A stretch of 64,000 nt of DNA from a bacterium (GTDB lineage Bacteria > Vulcanimicrobiota > Vulcanimicrobiia > Vulcanimicrobiales > Vulcanimicrobiaceae), in the NCBI GenBank assembly GCA_021778415.1, contig JAJYCL010000002.1, positions 79,686 through 143,685 of the forward strand, read 5' to 3'. Both the position numbers and the translations under genes were made by a program. Of this stretch, positions 30,876-40,232 are shown in pieces. The notes under the pieces are model-generated. The model saw only the letters and a program-made list of their open reading frames with translations. It did not search any database and had not been told where the DNA came from. Each line of letters begins with the position of its first letter. Positions within the stretch are counted from its first letter, which is position 1.

Positions 30876-33431
30876 GTGCTCTTTCGCGCCCTCGTTCTCG
30901 GGTATCTTCGGCGAAATACGTTGCGCGCAGCAGCCACGTTATTGGCCGTTGTTCTTGGCACGGCCGTCGCGTACGCGATCGATCTGGCCAACGCAACATC
31001 GGTCGCATCATTTGCGCGCAGTGTCGATGTCATCGCCAATCACGTCAACCTGCAAGTGTTCGGCATCGGCCCTGGTTTTGATGAGCGAAAACTCCTAGCC
31101 GTTGAACGCCTCGACGGCGTTGCGTCGGCATCGCCCGTCGTCGAAGGAGAGATCGTTGTCGGCGCACGACGCGGAGTTCCGCAGTCCGGCGAGATTCTTC
31201 ACGTCCTTGGCATCGATGCGACGCGCGCGGCACTCCCGGTGGCGGTTTTTGCCGCTCAAGCGTCGTCGCCGACGCATTTTGATCTGGATGCGTTTATCAA
31301 TAACAACGGAGTCATTATCAGTTCACGGATCGCGCATGCATACGGGCTTCATCGTGGTTCGCTGATGCATGCAACGGCTGGACCGCACGAAGTCGCTCTG
31401 CGTGTGATGGGCATTGAACCTGCCCGCGGCGTGGGTGTCGATTCCAGTGTCGTCTTTACCGATCTCGCCACGGCGCAGCCGCTCTTCTCGAAAATCGGTC
31501 TCCTTTCTCGCATCGATCTGATCGTGCAGAAAAATCGCATCGACGCGGTTCAACGGCGCCTCATTTCCATGCTCCCCGGCACGCGCGTGTTGACGCCGCA
31601 TGTGCGCGCCGACGAAATTCGACGGATGCTCGCGTCGTTTGCCATGAATCTCTCGGCCCTGGCCGATGTCGCTCTGTTAGTCGGCATGTATCTCATCGCC
31701 AATGCCGTCTCGATATCGGTGGTGCAGCGCCGCGCGCAGATCGCCACGCTTCGCGCTCTTGGCGCCTCATCGCGTTCGATATTCGGCGTGTTTGCGGCGG
31801 AGGGCGCGATCTACGGCGTCGTCGGTGCAGCAATCGGCTTGCTTGTCGGCGCGCTGCTCGCCAATCTTTCCGTTGGGGCCGTGCAAGAAACGGTATCGAC
31901 GCTCTACGTTGGATCCCACGCAGATCACGTCGCGTACTCCTGGGTGGCAGCGGTGCGTGCGTTTCTGCTCGGAGCCGGTGCCGCGATGCTTGCATCCGTG
32001 CTTCCGGCGCGAGAAGCCGCACGGACATCACCGGCCTTTGCCATGCGCATTCAGGGTAGTTATGAGCGCGATGCGACACTGCTGGTTCGTCGCGCGACGC
32101 CCATCGGTTGTGCCGTTTTATTGCTGGCGTGGGTATTGGCAAAACTTCCCGCAGTGCACGGATTACCGCTTTTCGGCTATGCTTCCGGGCTTTTGATTAT
32201 CCTTGGCGCGACGTTTTGCGCACCGGCGCTGGTGCTCAGCGCTGCGTGGCTTTTAGGAAAGAGCGGCATACGGGGGCCGGCCTTTTCTTCTGCGTTAGCA
32301 TTTTTGCGGGCCTCGCCGCGGCGCTTTGCGACCGCCGTCGCCTCGCTTGCCGTTGCCGTCGGCATGGCTGTGGCCATCGCCTTGCTCGTTGCATCCTTTC
32401 GCACAACCGTCGTCTCGTGGACGCACGATGCCCTCGGAGCCGACCTCTATATCAAGACGCCGGGTGCCGTCGATGCCTCGTTCCAAGGATATTTTTCCCC
32501 GCGCGATGTCCGCCTTGTGCGTCGTGTTCCGGGCGTTGCGGCAGTCGATACATTTCGCGGAATCGATATTGTAATCGATGGCCGAAGTGCGACGCTCGGA
32601 GCCACCGGTTTTTCGGACATTGAGAAACGCAACAAGCTTCGCTTTCTCGGCCACGTCAATTTCGCGCAACTCGCGCAGCGCATGCGCGGCCACAACGTCG
32701 CGGTGATTAGCGAGCCGTTCGCCACAAACTTTGACCGCGACGTTGGTGGAACCGTCATCGTCCCCTCGTTACATGGTCCGGTTACCCTCAAAATACTCGC
32801 GGTCTATAACGACTACTCGACGGCCGGAGGGAGTTTGATCGTCGACCGTTCGACCTTCGCTCGGTTGTATCACGACGATGGAGTCGATTCCATTGCAGTA
32901 TATGCGCGCCCGGGTGTACCACTTGCGCTGCTACGAACGCGTATCGAGCGAGCTGTCGAACCCTTGCGAATCGATATCAACACCAATCGTGAGTTGCGAA
33001 CGTTTGCCATCGGAATATTTGATCGAACGTTTGCCATCACATCGGCGCTCTATGTGATAGCACTGACCATTGCCATGCTGGGTGTGATCGGAACGTTGTT
33101 CGCCCTGGTCACCGAAAAACGCGTTGAAATCGGACTCTTACGGTATCTTGGAATGACTCGAGCACAGGTGCGTACATCGGTCTTGGTTCAAGCGGCGTTC
33201 GTTGGCGTTGTTGCCGCGGCGCTTGGAATCGCCATCGGCTTGGCTCTTGGCGCTCTGCTGGTTTTTGTCATCAACCGACAGAGTTTCGGTTGGCTCATCG
33301 AGTGGCACGCTCCGATTGCCATCTTCATTCAAGCGTTCGTGATGACACTCGTTGCGGCAGTACTCGCCGCGCTCTATCCCGGGATTCTCGCCGCACGCAT
33401 CCGCGGTACGGAGGTTTTACGCGTCGAATGA
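30876..33431 (+). CDS. FtsX-family ABC permease, duplicated (two FtsX modules)
   Basis: 851 aa with two blocks of TM helices, each ending in an FtsX-like segment (..LRALGASSRSIF..; ..LRYLGMTRAQV..). Confidence 0.88.
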   Translation: MLFRALVLGYLRRNTLRAAATLLAVVLGTAVAYAIDLANATSVASFARSVDVIANHVNLQVFGIGPGFDERKLLAVERLDGVASASPVVEGEIVVGARRGVPQSGEILHVLGIDATRAALPVAVFAAQASSPTHFDLDAFINNNGVIISSRIAHAYGLHRGSLMHATAGPHEVALRVMGIEPARGVGVDSSVVFTDLATAQPLFSKIGLLSRIDLIVQKNRIDAVQRRLISMLPGTRVLTPHVRADEIRRMLASFAMNLSALADVALLVGMYLIANAVSISVVQRRAQIATLRALGASSRSIFGVFAAEGAIYGVVGAAIGLLVGALLANLSVGAVQETVSTLYVGSHADHVAYSWVAAVRAFLLGAGAAMLASVLPAREAARTSPAFAMRIQGSYERDATLLVRRATPIGCAVLLLAWVLAKLPAVHGLPLFGYASGLLIILGATFCAPALVLSAAWLLGKSGIRGPAFSSALAFLRASPRRFATAVASLAVAVGMAVAIALLVASFRTTVVSWTHDALGADLYIKTPGAVDASFQGYFSPRDVRLVRRVPGVAAVDTFRGIDIVIDGRSATLGATGFSDIEKRNKLRFLGHVNFAQLAQRMRGHNVAVISEPFATNFDRDVGGTVIVPSLHGPVTLKILAVYNDYSTAGGSLIVDRSTFARLYHDDGVDSIAVYARPGVPLALLRTRIERAVEPLRIDINTNRELRTFAIGIFDRTFAITSALYVIALTIAMLGVIGTLFALVTEKRVEIGLLRYLGMTRAQVRTSVLVQAAFVGVVAAALGIAIGLALGALLVFVINRQSFGWLIEWHAPIAIFIQAFVMTLVAAVLAALYPGILAARIRGTEVLRVE

Positions 33432-34531
33432 TTCGCCGTCTTGCGTTCCTCGCGGTGACCGTCTTGGTTCTGTTCTCGCAGGTTGCCGTCGCGTCGCCGG
33501 TTTTTACCCCGGCTACCGCGCCATATTCATTTGTTTTTCCACGCGATTATTATGCGCACGATTCGTATCGGACGGAGTGGTGGTATTTTACCGGACACCT
33601 CCGCGCTGCAGACGGTCATCTTTTCGGCTACGAACTCACGTTTTTCCGGGCCGCATTACGTCCGGTTCCTTATCGCGTCGCACCTGGCAAATCTGCGTGG
33701 CGGAGTGCGCAGCTCTATCCGGCTCATTTTGCTATTTCGGATATCACCGCACATGCGTTTGATCACCACGAGATTCTCGCGCGCGATGCATTGGGGCAGG
33801 GCTATGCTTCGCAGCATCGCTTAGATGTGAAGGCCTTCACGTGGTCGCTTACCGGAAACGGCACGCGCGAACCGACGATGCATCTACGCGCAAATGACCA
33901 TGGCGACGCCATCGATCTGACGGTAAAGGCGATGAAGCCGGTCGCCATTCATGGCCGTGACGGTATCTCGAAAAAAGGCGCGTGCAAAACGTGTGCGTCC
34001 CATTATTTTTCGTTTACGCGTTTGGCAACAAGCGGGGTGCTGGTTCGCGGCGGTAAGCGCTACGTCGTTTCGGGCATGAGTTGGATGGATCATGAATACG
34101 GATCCGATGAGTTATCCCCGTCGCAAGCGGGCTGGGATTGGTTTTCCATTCAACTCAACGATGGACGAGATATCATGTTGTATCGGTTGCGGGAAAAAAA
34201 TGGCACGACCACCCGTGAGTCGTCGGGAAGCCTGATCTCCGTTTCCGGACGCGTGCGCTATTTGGCGCGTCGCGATTTTCGCATCGAGCAGACGCGTACG
34301 TGGGTATCGCCGCATACTCATGGCCGGTATCCGTCGGCCTGGACGTTGCATATCGCCGGCATAACGCGCCCGCTGGATCTCATTCCGCAATTGGCCGATC
34401 AAGAGTTGGCCGATGCCTTGGGAACGAGCTATTGGGAAGGGGCGGTCATCGTGCGCGATGGGCGTACGCATGCGACTATCGGCGTCGGGTACGTCGAATT
34501 GACCGGCTACGCGGGTACCCTGCGGCTTTAG
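33428..34531 (+). CDS. AttH/CrtC-like lipocalin-fold secreted protein
   Basis: Signal peptide MIRRLAFLAVTVLVLFSQVAVA, then HDSYRTEWWYFTGHLRAADGHLFGYELTFFR. ATGA overlap with the permease. Confidence 0.75.
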   Translation: MIRRLAFLAVTVLVLFSQVAVASPVFTPATAPYSFVFPRDYYAHDSYRTEWWYFTGHLRAADGHLFGYELTFFRAALRPVPYRVAPGKSAWRSAQLYPAHFAISDITAHAFDHHEILARDALGQGYASQHRLDVKAFTWSLTGNGTREPTMHLRANDHGDAIDLTVKAMKPVAIHGRDGISKKGACKTCASHYFSFTRLATSGVLVRGGKRYVVSGMSWMDHEYGSDELSPSQAGWDWFSIQLNDGRDIMLYRLREKNGTTTRESSGSLISVSGRVRYLARRDFRIEQTRTWVSPHTHGRYPSAWTLHIAGITRPLDLIPQLADQELADALGTSYWEGAVIVRDGRTHATIGVGYVELTGYAGTLRL

Positions 34532-34574
34532 CCTGCGAGGGGCGGCCGACATTGGGTGCGAACAGAGATGCCCT

Positions 34575-34820
34575 ATGACGTATGCCATTTCGCAGGAAAC
34601 CCTCGGTTGGATTTTCGGCCTCGCACCGTTAGTGATCGGATTGACCATTTTTATGGTCGTCTGGCTGACGACGCGTCGGGAGGTCGCTCTCGTTCCTCCG
34701 ATGGGGCAAACGTTCGCGTGCGCCAACTGCGGTCGTCGATCGGTTCGCGAGCACATGGTGCCCCAGATGCATGACGGCGCCGTCAGTTATGTCTGCGCTC
34801 ACTGCGCGGGAGCGCACTAG
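34575..34820 (+). CDS. small membrane protein with a C-terminal zinc ribbon
   Basis: TM helix GWIFGLAPLVIGLTIFMVVWL followed by CANCG..x21..CAHCAG. Confidence 0.55.
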   Translation: MTYAISQETLGWIFGLAPLVIGLTIFMVVWLTTRREVALVPPMGQTFACANCGRRSVREHMVPQMHDGAVSYVCAHCAGAH

Positions 34821-34826
34821 CGCCGC

Positions 34827-35405
34827 TTAATACCCGCGTGTTTTCACGCGATGGATTGCTCCAAACACGTACGGAATTTCCTCAAGCCCAAAGCGCTCGT
34901 CTTTGCCTAACGCCATGACATAGCGTTGCGGAGCGCTACCGTTGCTCATGCCGATCGTGATCGTCGAGATTCCGGGGGCGAGGGTGAGTTGCCGGGCAAT
35001 TGTTGCGAGATAGTTGGTTCCTGAAAACGGTTCAAAAAACGTTTGCGTCGCGCCGCTTTGCAGATCGAGCGTGGCAATCTGTTGGCCGCGTTGGTTGCGC
35101 ACGATAGCGTACGGTCGTGCGGCGTTGCCCTCATCCTTGCGCTCAATGAGCAGTTGCCACGGCACGGTTACGGCCGATTGCGTGGAGACGGTGTAGGTAT
35201 CGGTTTGGCCCGGCGTCAGTCGACCATAGTAGGCCCACGATTTCCGGGGGTCGGAGATGGCGATCGGATGTGTGGCCGGGCGCGGAGAGCACGCGAAGCG
35301 CGGGTCGTGGGCGCAGGCCCGGCCGGCATCGCTCCACCCGGCGGCAAACCAAATCCCCACCGCTCCAATGACCACCAAAACACCGATACCGAGGCGTCGT
35401 TTCAT
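34827..35405 (-). CDS. secreted hypothetical protein
   Basis: N-terminal signal/anchor MKRRLGIGVLVVIGAVGIWFAAG. No recognised domain. Confidence 0.6.
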   Translation of the reverse strand: MKRRLGIGVLVVIGAVGIWFAAGWSDAGRACAHDPRFACSPRPATHPIAISDPRKSWAYYGRLTPGQTDTYTVSTQSAVTVPWQLLIERKDEGNAARPYAIVRNQRGQQIATLDLQSGATQTFFEPFSGTNYLATIARQLTLAPGISTITIGMSNGSAPQRYVMALGKDERFGLEEIPYVFGAIHRVKTRGY

Positions 35406-35509
35406 ACGGCATGGTTCGCCGGAACGGATCAGTGAACCTCAGATGGCTTTCTACCGGGTGGAGAGCGGACAACTGGAGAAGAAGTCGAGAAGAAAGTGGG
35501 GGCTCCACG

Positions 35510-36172
35510 ATGGATTCAGAGATATCGCGTAGTGATTTCCTTCTAACGAGCGGCCTTGCTGTCGGCCTGCTTGCCGCCGGCCCCAAATCGTCCGTTCCTG
35601 CGATGGCCCCGGACGATGTCCTGGCAAAATTAACGTCCGGGAATGCGCGCTACATGCAAGGGTCGCCCGAATGTACGCCGCTCGTCAACCGTCGCGCCGA
35701 GTTGGTCGGTGGGCAAAATCCATTTGCTATTATCGTGGGATGTGCCGATTCTCGCGTCCCAATCGATACTATATTTGATCAGCTTCCAGGCTCGCTCTTC
35801 GTCATTCGGGTTGCCGGAAACATCGTGACCGACGATGGCTTAGGCTCGATCGAATATGCCGTCGATCAATTCGGTACGCGACTCATCGTTGTTTTAGGAC
35901 ACGCCAGTTGCGGAGCCGTGATCGCAACGATGGCGCAACTAAAAGCACACGATAAGGCGCCTGGGTTCGTGCAATCCTTGGTTGATAAAATCAAACCTGC
36001 GATTCCGTCCGGTAATCCGACGCTCGAAGAAGCGATTATTGCCAACGCGCGTTATGGCGCCGAGCAAATCACTAAGCGAAGCGTCATTGTTAATGATAGC
36101 GTTCATGCTGGCAAGGTGCGCATCGTGAGCGCAAATTACGATCTCGCAAGCGGTAAGGTTAGCTTTTTATAG
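35510..36172 (+). CDS. beta-class carbonic anhydrase with an export-signal-like N-terminus
   Basis: CADSRVP and GHASCGAV zinc-ligand motifs. N-terminus SRSDFLLTSGLAVGLLAAGP is Tat-like but has a single Arg. Confidence 0.85.
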   Translation: MDSEISRSDFLLTSGLAVGLLAAGPKSSVPAMAPDDVLAKLTSGNARYMQGSPECTPLVNRRAELVGGQNPFAIIVGCADSRVPIDTIFDQLPGSLFVIRVAGNIVTDDGLGSIEYAVDQFGTRLIVVLGHASCGAVIATMAQLKAHDKAPGFVQSLVDKIKPAIPSGNPTLEEAIIANARYGAEQITKRSVIVNDSVHAGKVRIVSANYDLASGKVSFL

Positions 36173-37118
36173 AGGCGCGTCGTAAGCGATCCATGATCGC
36201 GACACCCAAGCCGACCTCGGGGATTTCTTGCGCGTCGATGCGATCGATATCGCTGCTTTCTAAGTCGTGCAAATGCGCAAAAAGTTGCGCTGCTGCTTCG
36301 GGCAGATTTCCCGACGGCGAGAGGATGCGACTCGCTCCATAACCGGGGACGTCATCGCGAAATGCGAGCAACCCCGCGCGTCGGCGATCCTCGGGTGCAA
36401 CGCTTGCGGGATCGACGATGCGAAGCGGTATGCGCGGCGCGTAATGTTGCGGCAGTTGGCCGGGGACGCTTGGCGTTGACGTTGCAATGGAGACGACGGC
36501 GACGTTGCATCCGAGGGCTTCCTCGATCGCTTCACGCGCAATGGCACCGGGCCGAAGAATCGTTGGTTCGGGAAGAAATGCGAGAATCGTGGATTCGATG
36601 CCGAACGGCGTCGGACCATCATCAAGAATGCACGCGACGCGATCTCCGAGTGTCGCTTGTACATGTTCGGCGCAGGTGGGCGAGAGGGCACCAAACGGAT
36701 TGGCACTTGGTGCTGCAATGGGTACGCCGGCGTGCATCACGAGCGCGTGGGCAACACGATGCGCGGGAATGCGAACGGCAACCGTGGATAATCCAGCCGT
36801 AATGAGATCGGGAACGCGCGAATTTTTGGGGAGGACGAGCGTAAGCGGCCCCGGCCAAAATCGTTGCATCGCACGACGGGCCAGCGGTGGTATCGGCTCG
36901 TCGACAACGAGACGGAGCATCGCGTCATCGGCGATATGCACAATTAAGGGATCGAACGTGGGGCGAGCTTTCGCCTCAAATATTTTCGCCGCTGCAAAAG
37001 CATCGAGTGCATTGGCGCCAAGTCCGTAGACGGTTTCTGTCGGAAAGGCAACGAGTCCGCCGGAGCGGACGATCTCTGCTGCTGCCGAAATTGCCTCGCG
37101 TGTTGCGGCGCGCAACAT
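36159..37118 (-). CDS. L-threonylcarbamoyladenylate synthase (Sua5/YwlC type)
   Basis: GGLVAFPTETVYGLGANA, KARP..DPLIVHI and SAN.FG, plus a Sua5 C-terminal domain. Start ATG at 37118 forms a TAATG junction with nfu. Confidence 0.88.
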   Translation of the reverse strand: MLRAATREAISAAAEIVRSGGLVAFPTETVYGLGANALDAFAAAKIFEAKARPTFDPLIVHIADDAMLRLVVDEPIPPLARRAMQRFWPGPLTLVLPKNSRVPDLITAGLSTVAVRIPAHRVAHALVMHAGVPIAAPSANPFGALSPTCAEHVQATLGDRVACILDDGPTPFGIESTILAFLPEPTILRPGAIAREAIEEALGCNVAVVSIATSTPSVPGQLPQHYAPRIPLRIVDPASVAPEDRRRAGLLAFRDDVPGYGASRILSPSGNLPEAAAQLFAHLHDLESSDIDRIDAQEIPEVGLGVAIMDRLRRASIKS

Positions 37119-37372
37119 TACACTTGAACGACTTCGCGGATCTCCGGCACATCCTCGCGCACGACGACTTCGATGGCGCCTTTTAAGGTCATCGAGGCGG
37201 CGGCGCATCCGCCGCAGGCACCGAGCATTTGGACCATGGCGACATCGCCATGGACACCCACAAGCCACACCTCGCCTCCATCGGCTTGGATGCCCGGGCG
37301 CACACGGTCGAGGGCGCGGTTGACGCGCTCTTCGATGCTCTGTGCTGTGTTTTCGGGAGTGTGGTCGCTCAT
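37118..37372 (-). CDS. NifU-like (Nfu) Fe-S cluster carrier domain protein
   Basis: VNRALDRVRPGIQADGGEV.L....GDVAMVQMLGACGGCAAASMTLK. Confidence 0.85.
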   Translation of the reverse strand: MSDHTPENTAQSIEERVNRALDRVRPGIQADGGEVWLVGVHGDVAMVQMLGACGGCAAASMTLKGAIEVVVREDVPEIREVVQV

Positions 37373-37407
37373 GTGAACCTTCAGGTTGCCACGCTGGCGT
37401 GCAAACG

Positions 37408-37444
37408 GCTGCTGGGAATGTCGGAATCCGGTCTTCCCAGCAGC
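37408..37444 (-). terminator. hairpin 9 nt downstream of the aldolase stop (weak U-tract)
   Basis: Arms gctgctgggaa / ttcccagcagc (11 bp) around a 15-nt loop. Confidence 0.3.
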
Positions 37445-37452
37445 AGCGGCTG

Positions 37453-38361
37453 CTACTGGCCGAAGCCCTTCATCAGGCTATGCATTTTCGTTGACATCGC
37501 CATTGCGCTGTCCCATTCGCGTTGCCACATATTGCGTCCGAAAATGAGGCCGACGCATCCGGCTTCCATGGCAATCTTCGCTTTATGGATCGTCGCATCG
37601 TCGCCCATTTTGCTTCCTCCGGAAACGAGGACCAAGGTGCGGCCGGCGCTGCGGACAACGCGTTGCAGACCTTCGAGATCGGAGAACGCGAGCGTGTTAT
37701 AGGGCTTGGGTGACGCGGCAGCTTTTTGCTCTTCCCATTTCGGTTCGTTGAGCTTCACGATATCGGCGCCGACTTCGCAGGCGACACGCGCGGCATAATC
37801 GATTGCATACAGCGAATCGACGCCGCCCTTTGCTTTAATGGCGGCACCGCGCGGATAGGACCAAATGATCAACGGCATTCCGTATTTTTCGCATTCACGA
37901 CGCACTTCGTTGCATTGCGCAATATCGACGTCTTGTGACGGCGATCCAACATACAACGTGTAGCCGACGGCATCGGCACCTAAACGCACGGCATCTTCGA
38001 CCGATGACGTCAGCGATGAAAAAGCATCGTCGTCGCTGGGAACATTGGTCTTTCCGTTGATCTTGAGGACGAGGGGAACTTTGCCGGCGTAGGCTTTGTG
38101 ATATTTTTCAGCGAGTCCGATATGAAGGGCGATGCCGCTGAAATTCCCTTCGACGGCGAGTCGATAGATCCAATCGGTATCCAGCGAGGCCGGATTATCG
38201 AAGAAATCGATCGGACCGTGTTCGAGGCCTTGATCGATCGGAAGAATCATCAGCGTACCGTTGGCCGGACCGTGTTCGTACATCAGACGATGTAAGCGCG
38301 CACGCTTACCCGTTGAGAGATTCATCTCGTCGAACGTTGGCCGACGAACTGCAAGCGACAT
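37453..38361 (-). CDS. class I fructose-bisphosphate aldolase (DhnA/FbaB-type, DeoC/LacD fold)
   Basis: LMILPIDQGLEHGP..., VLKINGKT, DIVKLN, VSGGSK. Confidence 0.82.
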   Translation of the reverse strand: MSLAVRRPTFDEMNLSTGKRARLHRLMYEHGPANGTLMILPIDQGLEHGPIDFFDNPASLDTDWIYRLAVEGNFSGIALHIGLAEKYHKAYAGKVPLVLKINGKTNVPSDDDAFSSLTSSVEDAVRLGADAVGYTLYVGSPSQDVDIAQCNEVRRECEKYGMPLIIWSYPRGAAIKAKGGVDSLYAIDYAARVACEVGADIVKLNEPKWEEQKAAASPKPYNTLAFSDLEGLQRVVRSAGRTLVLVSGGSKMGDDATIHKAKIAMEAGCVGLIFGRNMWQREWDSAMAMSTKMHSLMKGFGQ

Positions 38362-38441
38362 GGAGACTCCTTATTACGATCGAGGTAGATGGTGAGGGGC
38401 GTGGCTTCGACGTGTTCCGTTCGACCCTTGCCGAAGTGACC

Positions 38442-40232
38442 TTAGGGCAGAATGAGGAGGCCGTTCGGCTGGTTCCCGCTCGTGCCGAAGGTGATGTTTT
38501 GCGGCCTTCGGACGGACGTTGGACCGCGTTTGACGATGGCCGCAATGACAGTGCCCGTCGGCGCGGGCGCCACGCCCGGAGCGACGGTGTACTGCGTGAG
38601 GTTCGTACCCGAGCCCGTGTCCGTCCCGATCCAAAGATGGTGGCTTGCATCAAAGACAAGCGAGACTGGAACCGTCGTCGCTGGGAACGCAAGATTTTCG
38701 TTGGCAAGGGGTGCCGGCGGCGCGGAAAGTGTCGGGTAACTCAATGCCTCGACGATATTTCCGGCACCGTTGAGCGAACTCACCCAAATTCTCGTGGCGT
38801 CGGCGGGATCGAAGGCGACGGCGAGCGGATGCAGGGGCACGTTCACGGTGTAGGTCGCAGGGGCCGGCACCGTTGGCGACGAGGTGAAGGCGGATACTGC
38901 GCCGGTTCCGGAGTCCGCTACCCAAATGTATCCGAAAGGATCGAGCGCTAGGCCGATCGGCTGCACGGAGCCGCTACCGGTGGGAACGACGGTTCCCGTT
39001 GCCGCGACGCTCGTCGGCGTGACCACTCTCGTTTGGAAATCGTTGGCTCCGCATTCCGCAAACCAGAGCCCACTGCCCGAGCCTCCGCCTTGCGCAAAAC
39101 TGCCGAAGGCTATGTCAGTCGGCCCGGTTAGGCCGGAAATGGCGGTGTTGCCAACGCTGTCGCAGAGGCAGCTCGAAATTGCACCGTCGTTGCCGATGAG
39201 GTACCCGTAAATAGCATTGTTGGCATAATCGGACGCGAAGATGTCGCCCTGTCCGTCGCTTGCCAGACCGAATGGCTCGCCGAGAATCGGGATTTTATCG
39301 GTGGAGAGGCGTGTCGGCCCCGACGCATAGAGGGCAAAGCCTTGGATGGATCCATCGGAGGCAACGCCGTTGAAAAGGGTGACCCATAGCTCCGGAATAG
39401 CCGTGATCGGGAATGAGAGGACCGTGGGGGCTATGCCGCTACCGACCGGAGGTGTCGCCGTCAGCGCAAGCGGTTGCGGGGAATACCCGACGACCCGTGC
39501 ATTCCACAGGCTTCCGCCGGCATTGGCAAGGGCGATGGCACGATCGGGACTCGAGACCGTCACGGTCGGCGCGCCTTGCCCGGTAATGATATTGCCATCT
39601 GCGTCGAGTGCATTGACATCATAGGAGATGAGCGCGTTGCCCACTTGGCTGTACCCGCTGCCCGATGGTTGCACGTGAATTTGCGACGGTAAGGCGACCA
39701 TCGTGATTGTCGAGACGAGACCATTGAGCGACAAGGAGATCGTCGTCGATGATCCGCTCGTGATCGTTTGCGCGGCGAGAAGTTGCGACGACAGCGCGTT
39801 GGCGCCAACAAAGCTGCCTCCCACGGGTGAGGCATCCCAGGTGGTGACGGCGATATCGTCGCTGCCCGGCGGTGCCGCAATCGAGAAGGTGCACACGCGC
39901 GATCCACCGGCACCCGGCGTGCACGCGGTGCTGGTTGGCGAAAGATCGATTGCGCTTTGCGGCGTCTGCGTCTGCGCAGCCGAAAATGTTGTCGGGTGGA
40001 GACCGACATTCACGCCGATGCCCAGGGTGCTCGGTGATGTGTACAGCGGTCGTCGAAGGTGAACTTGTAATCGGGAAGGTGGAATGGTCAGGACAATGCG
40101 TGCGCCCGCACTGCTGAGAATCGGCTGATTGTTCGACGGCGGTGGCGTTGTGCCGCCCCCTCCGCACTGCACGAGAAACATTCCGGTGAGCGCAAGGAGA
40201 AGTGCCGAACGCACGAGGGTTGGTTTGATCAT
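38442..40232 (-). CDS. lipoprotein with NHL-like beta-propeller repeats
   Basis: Lipobox MIKPTLVRSALLLALTGMFLVQCGG. Repeats include DGQGDIFASDYANNAIYGY, PIGLALDPFGYIWVADSG and PLAVAFDP..IWVSS. ATGA overlap with the upstream gene. Confidence 0.7.
   Translation of the reverse strand: MIKPTLVRSALLLALTGMFLVQCGGGGTTPPPSNNQPILSSAGARIVLTIPPSRLQVHLRRPLYTSPSTLGIGVNVGLHPTTFSAAQTQTPQSAIDLSPTSTACTPGAGGSRVCTFSIAAPPGSDDIAVTTWDASPVGGSFVGANALSSQLLAAQTITSGSSTTISLSLNGLVSTITMVALPSQIHVQPSGSGYSQVGNALISYDVNALDADGNIITGQGAPTVTVSSPDRAIALANAGGSLWNARVVGYSPQPLALTATPPVGSGIAPTVLSFPITAIPELWVTLFNGVASDGSIQGFALYASGPTRLSTDKIPILGEPFGLASDGQGDIFASDYANNAIYGYLIGNDGAISSCLCDSVGNTAISGLTGPTDIAFGSFAQGGGSGSGLWFAECGANDFQTRVVTPTSVAATGTVVPTGSGSVQPIGLALDPFGYIWVADSGTGAVSAFTSSPTVPAPATYTVNVPLHPLAVAFDPADATRIWVSSLNGAGNIVEALSYPTLSAPPAPLANENLAFPATTVPVSLVFDASHHLWIGTDTGSGTNLTQYTVAPGVAPAPTGTVIAAIVKRGPTSVRRPQNITFGTSGNQPNGLLILP

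Noticed and set aside
35143-35586. 147-aa minus-strand ORF spanning the carbonic anhydrase upstream region
   Set aside because: It overlaps the secreted-protein gene (34827..35405) in another frame and the CA gene's 5' end. Arg/Pro-rich shadow ORF.
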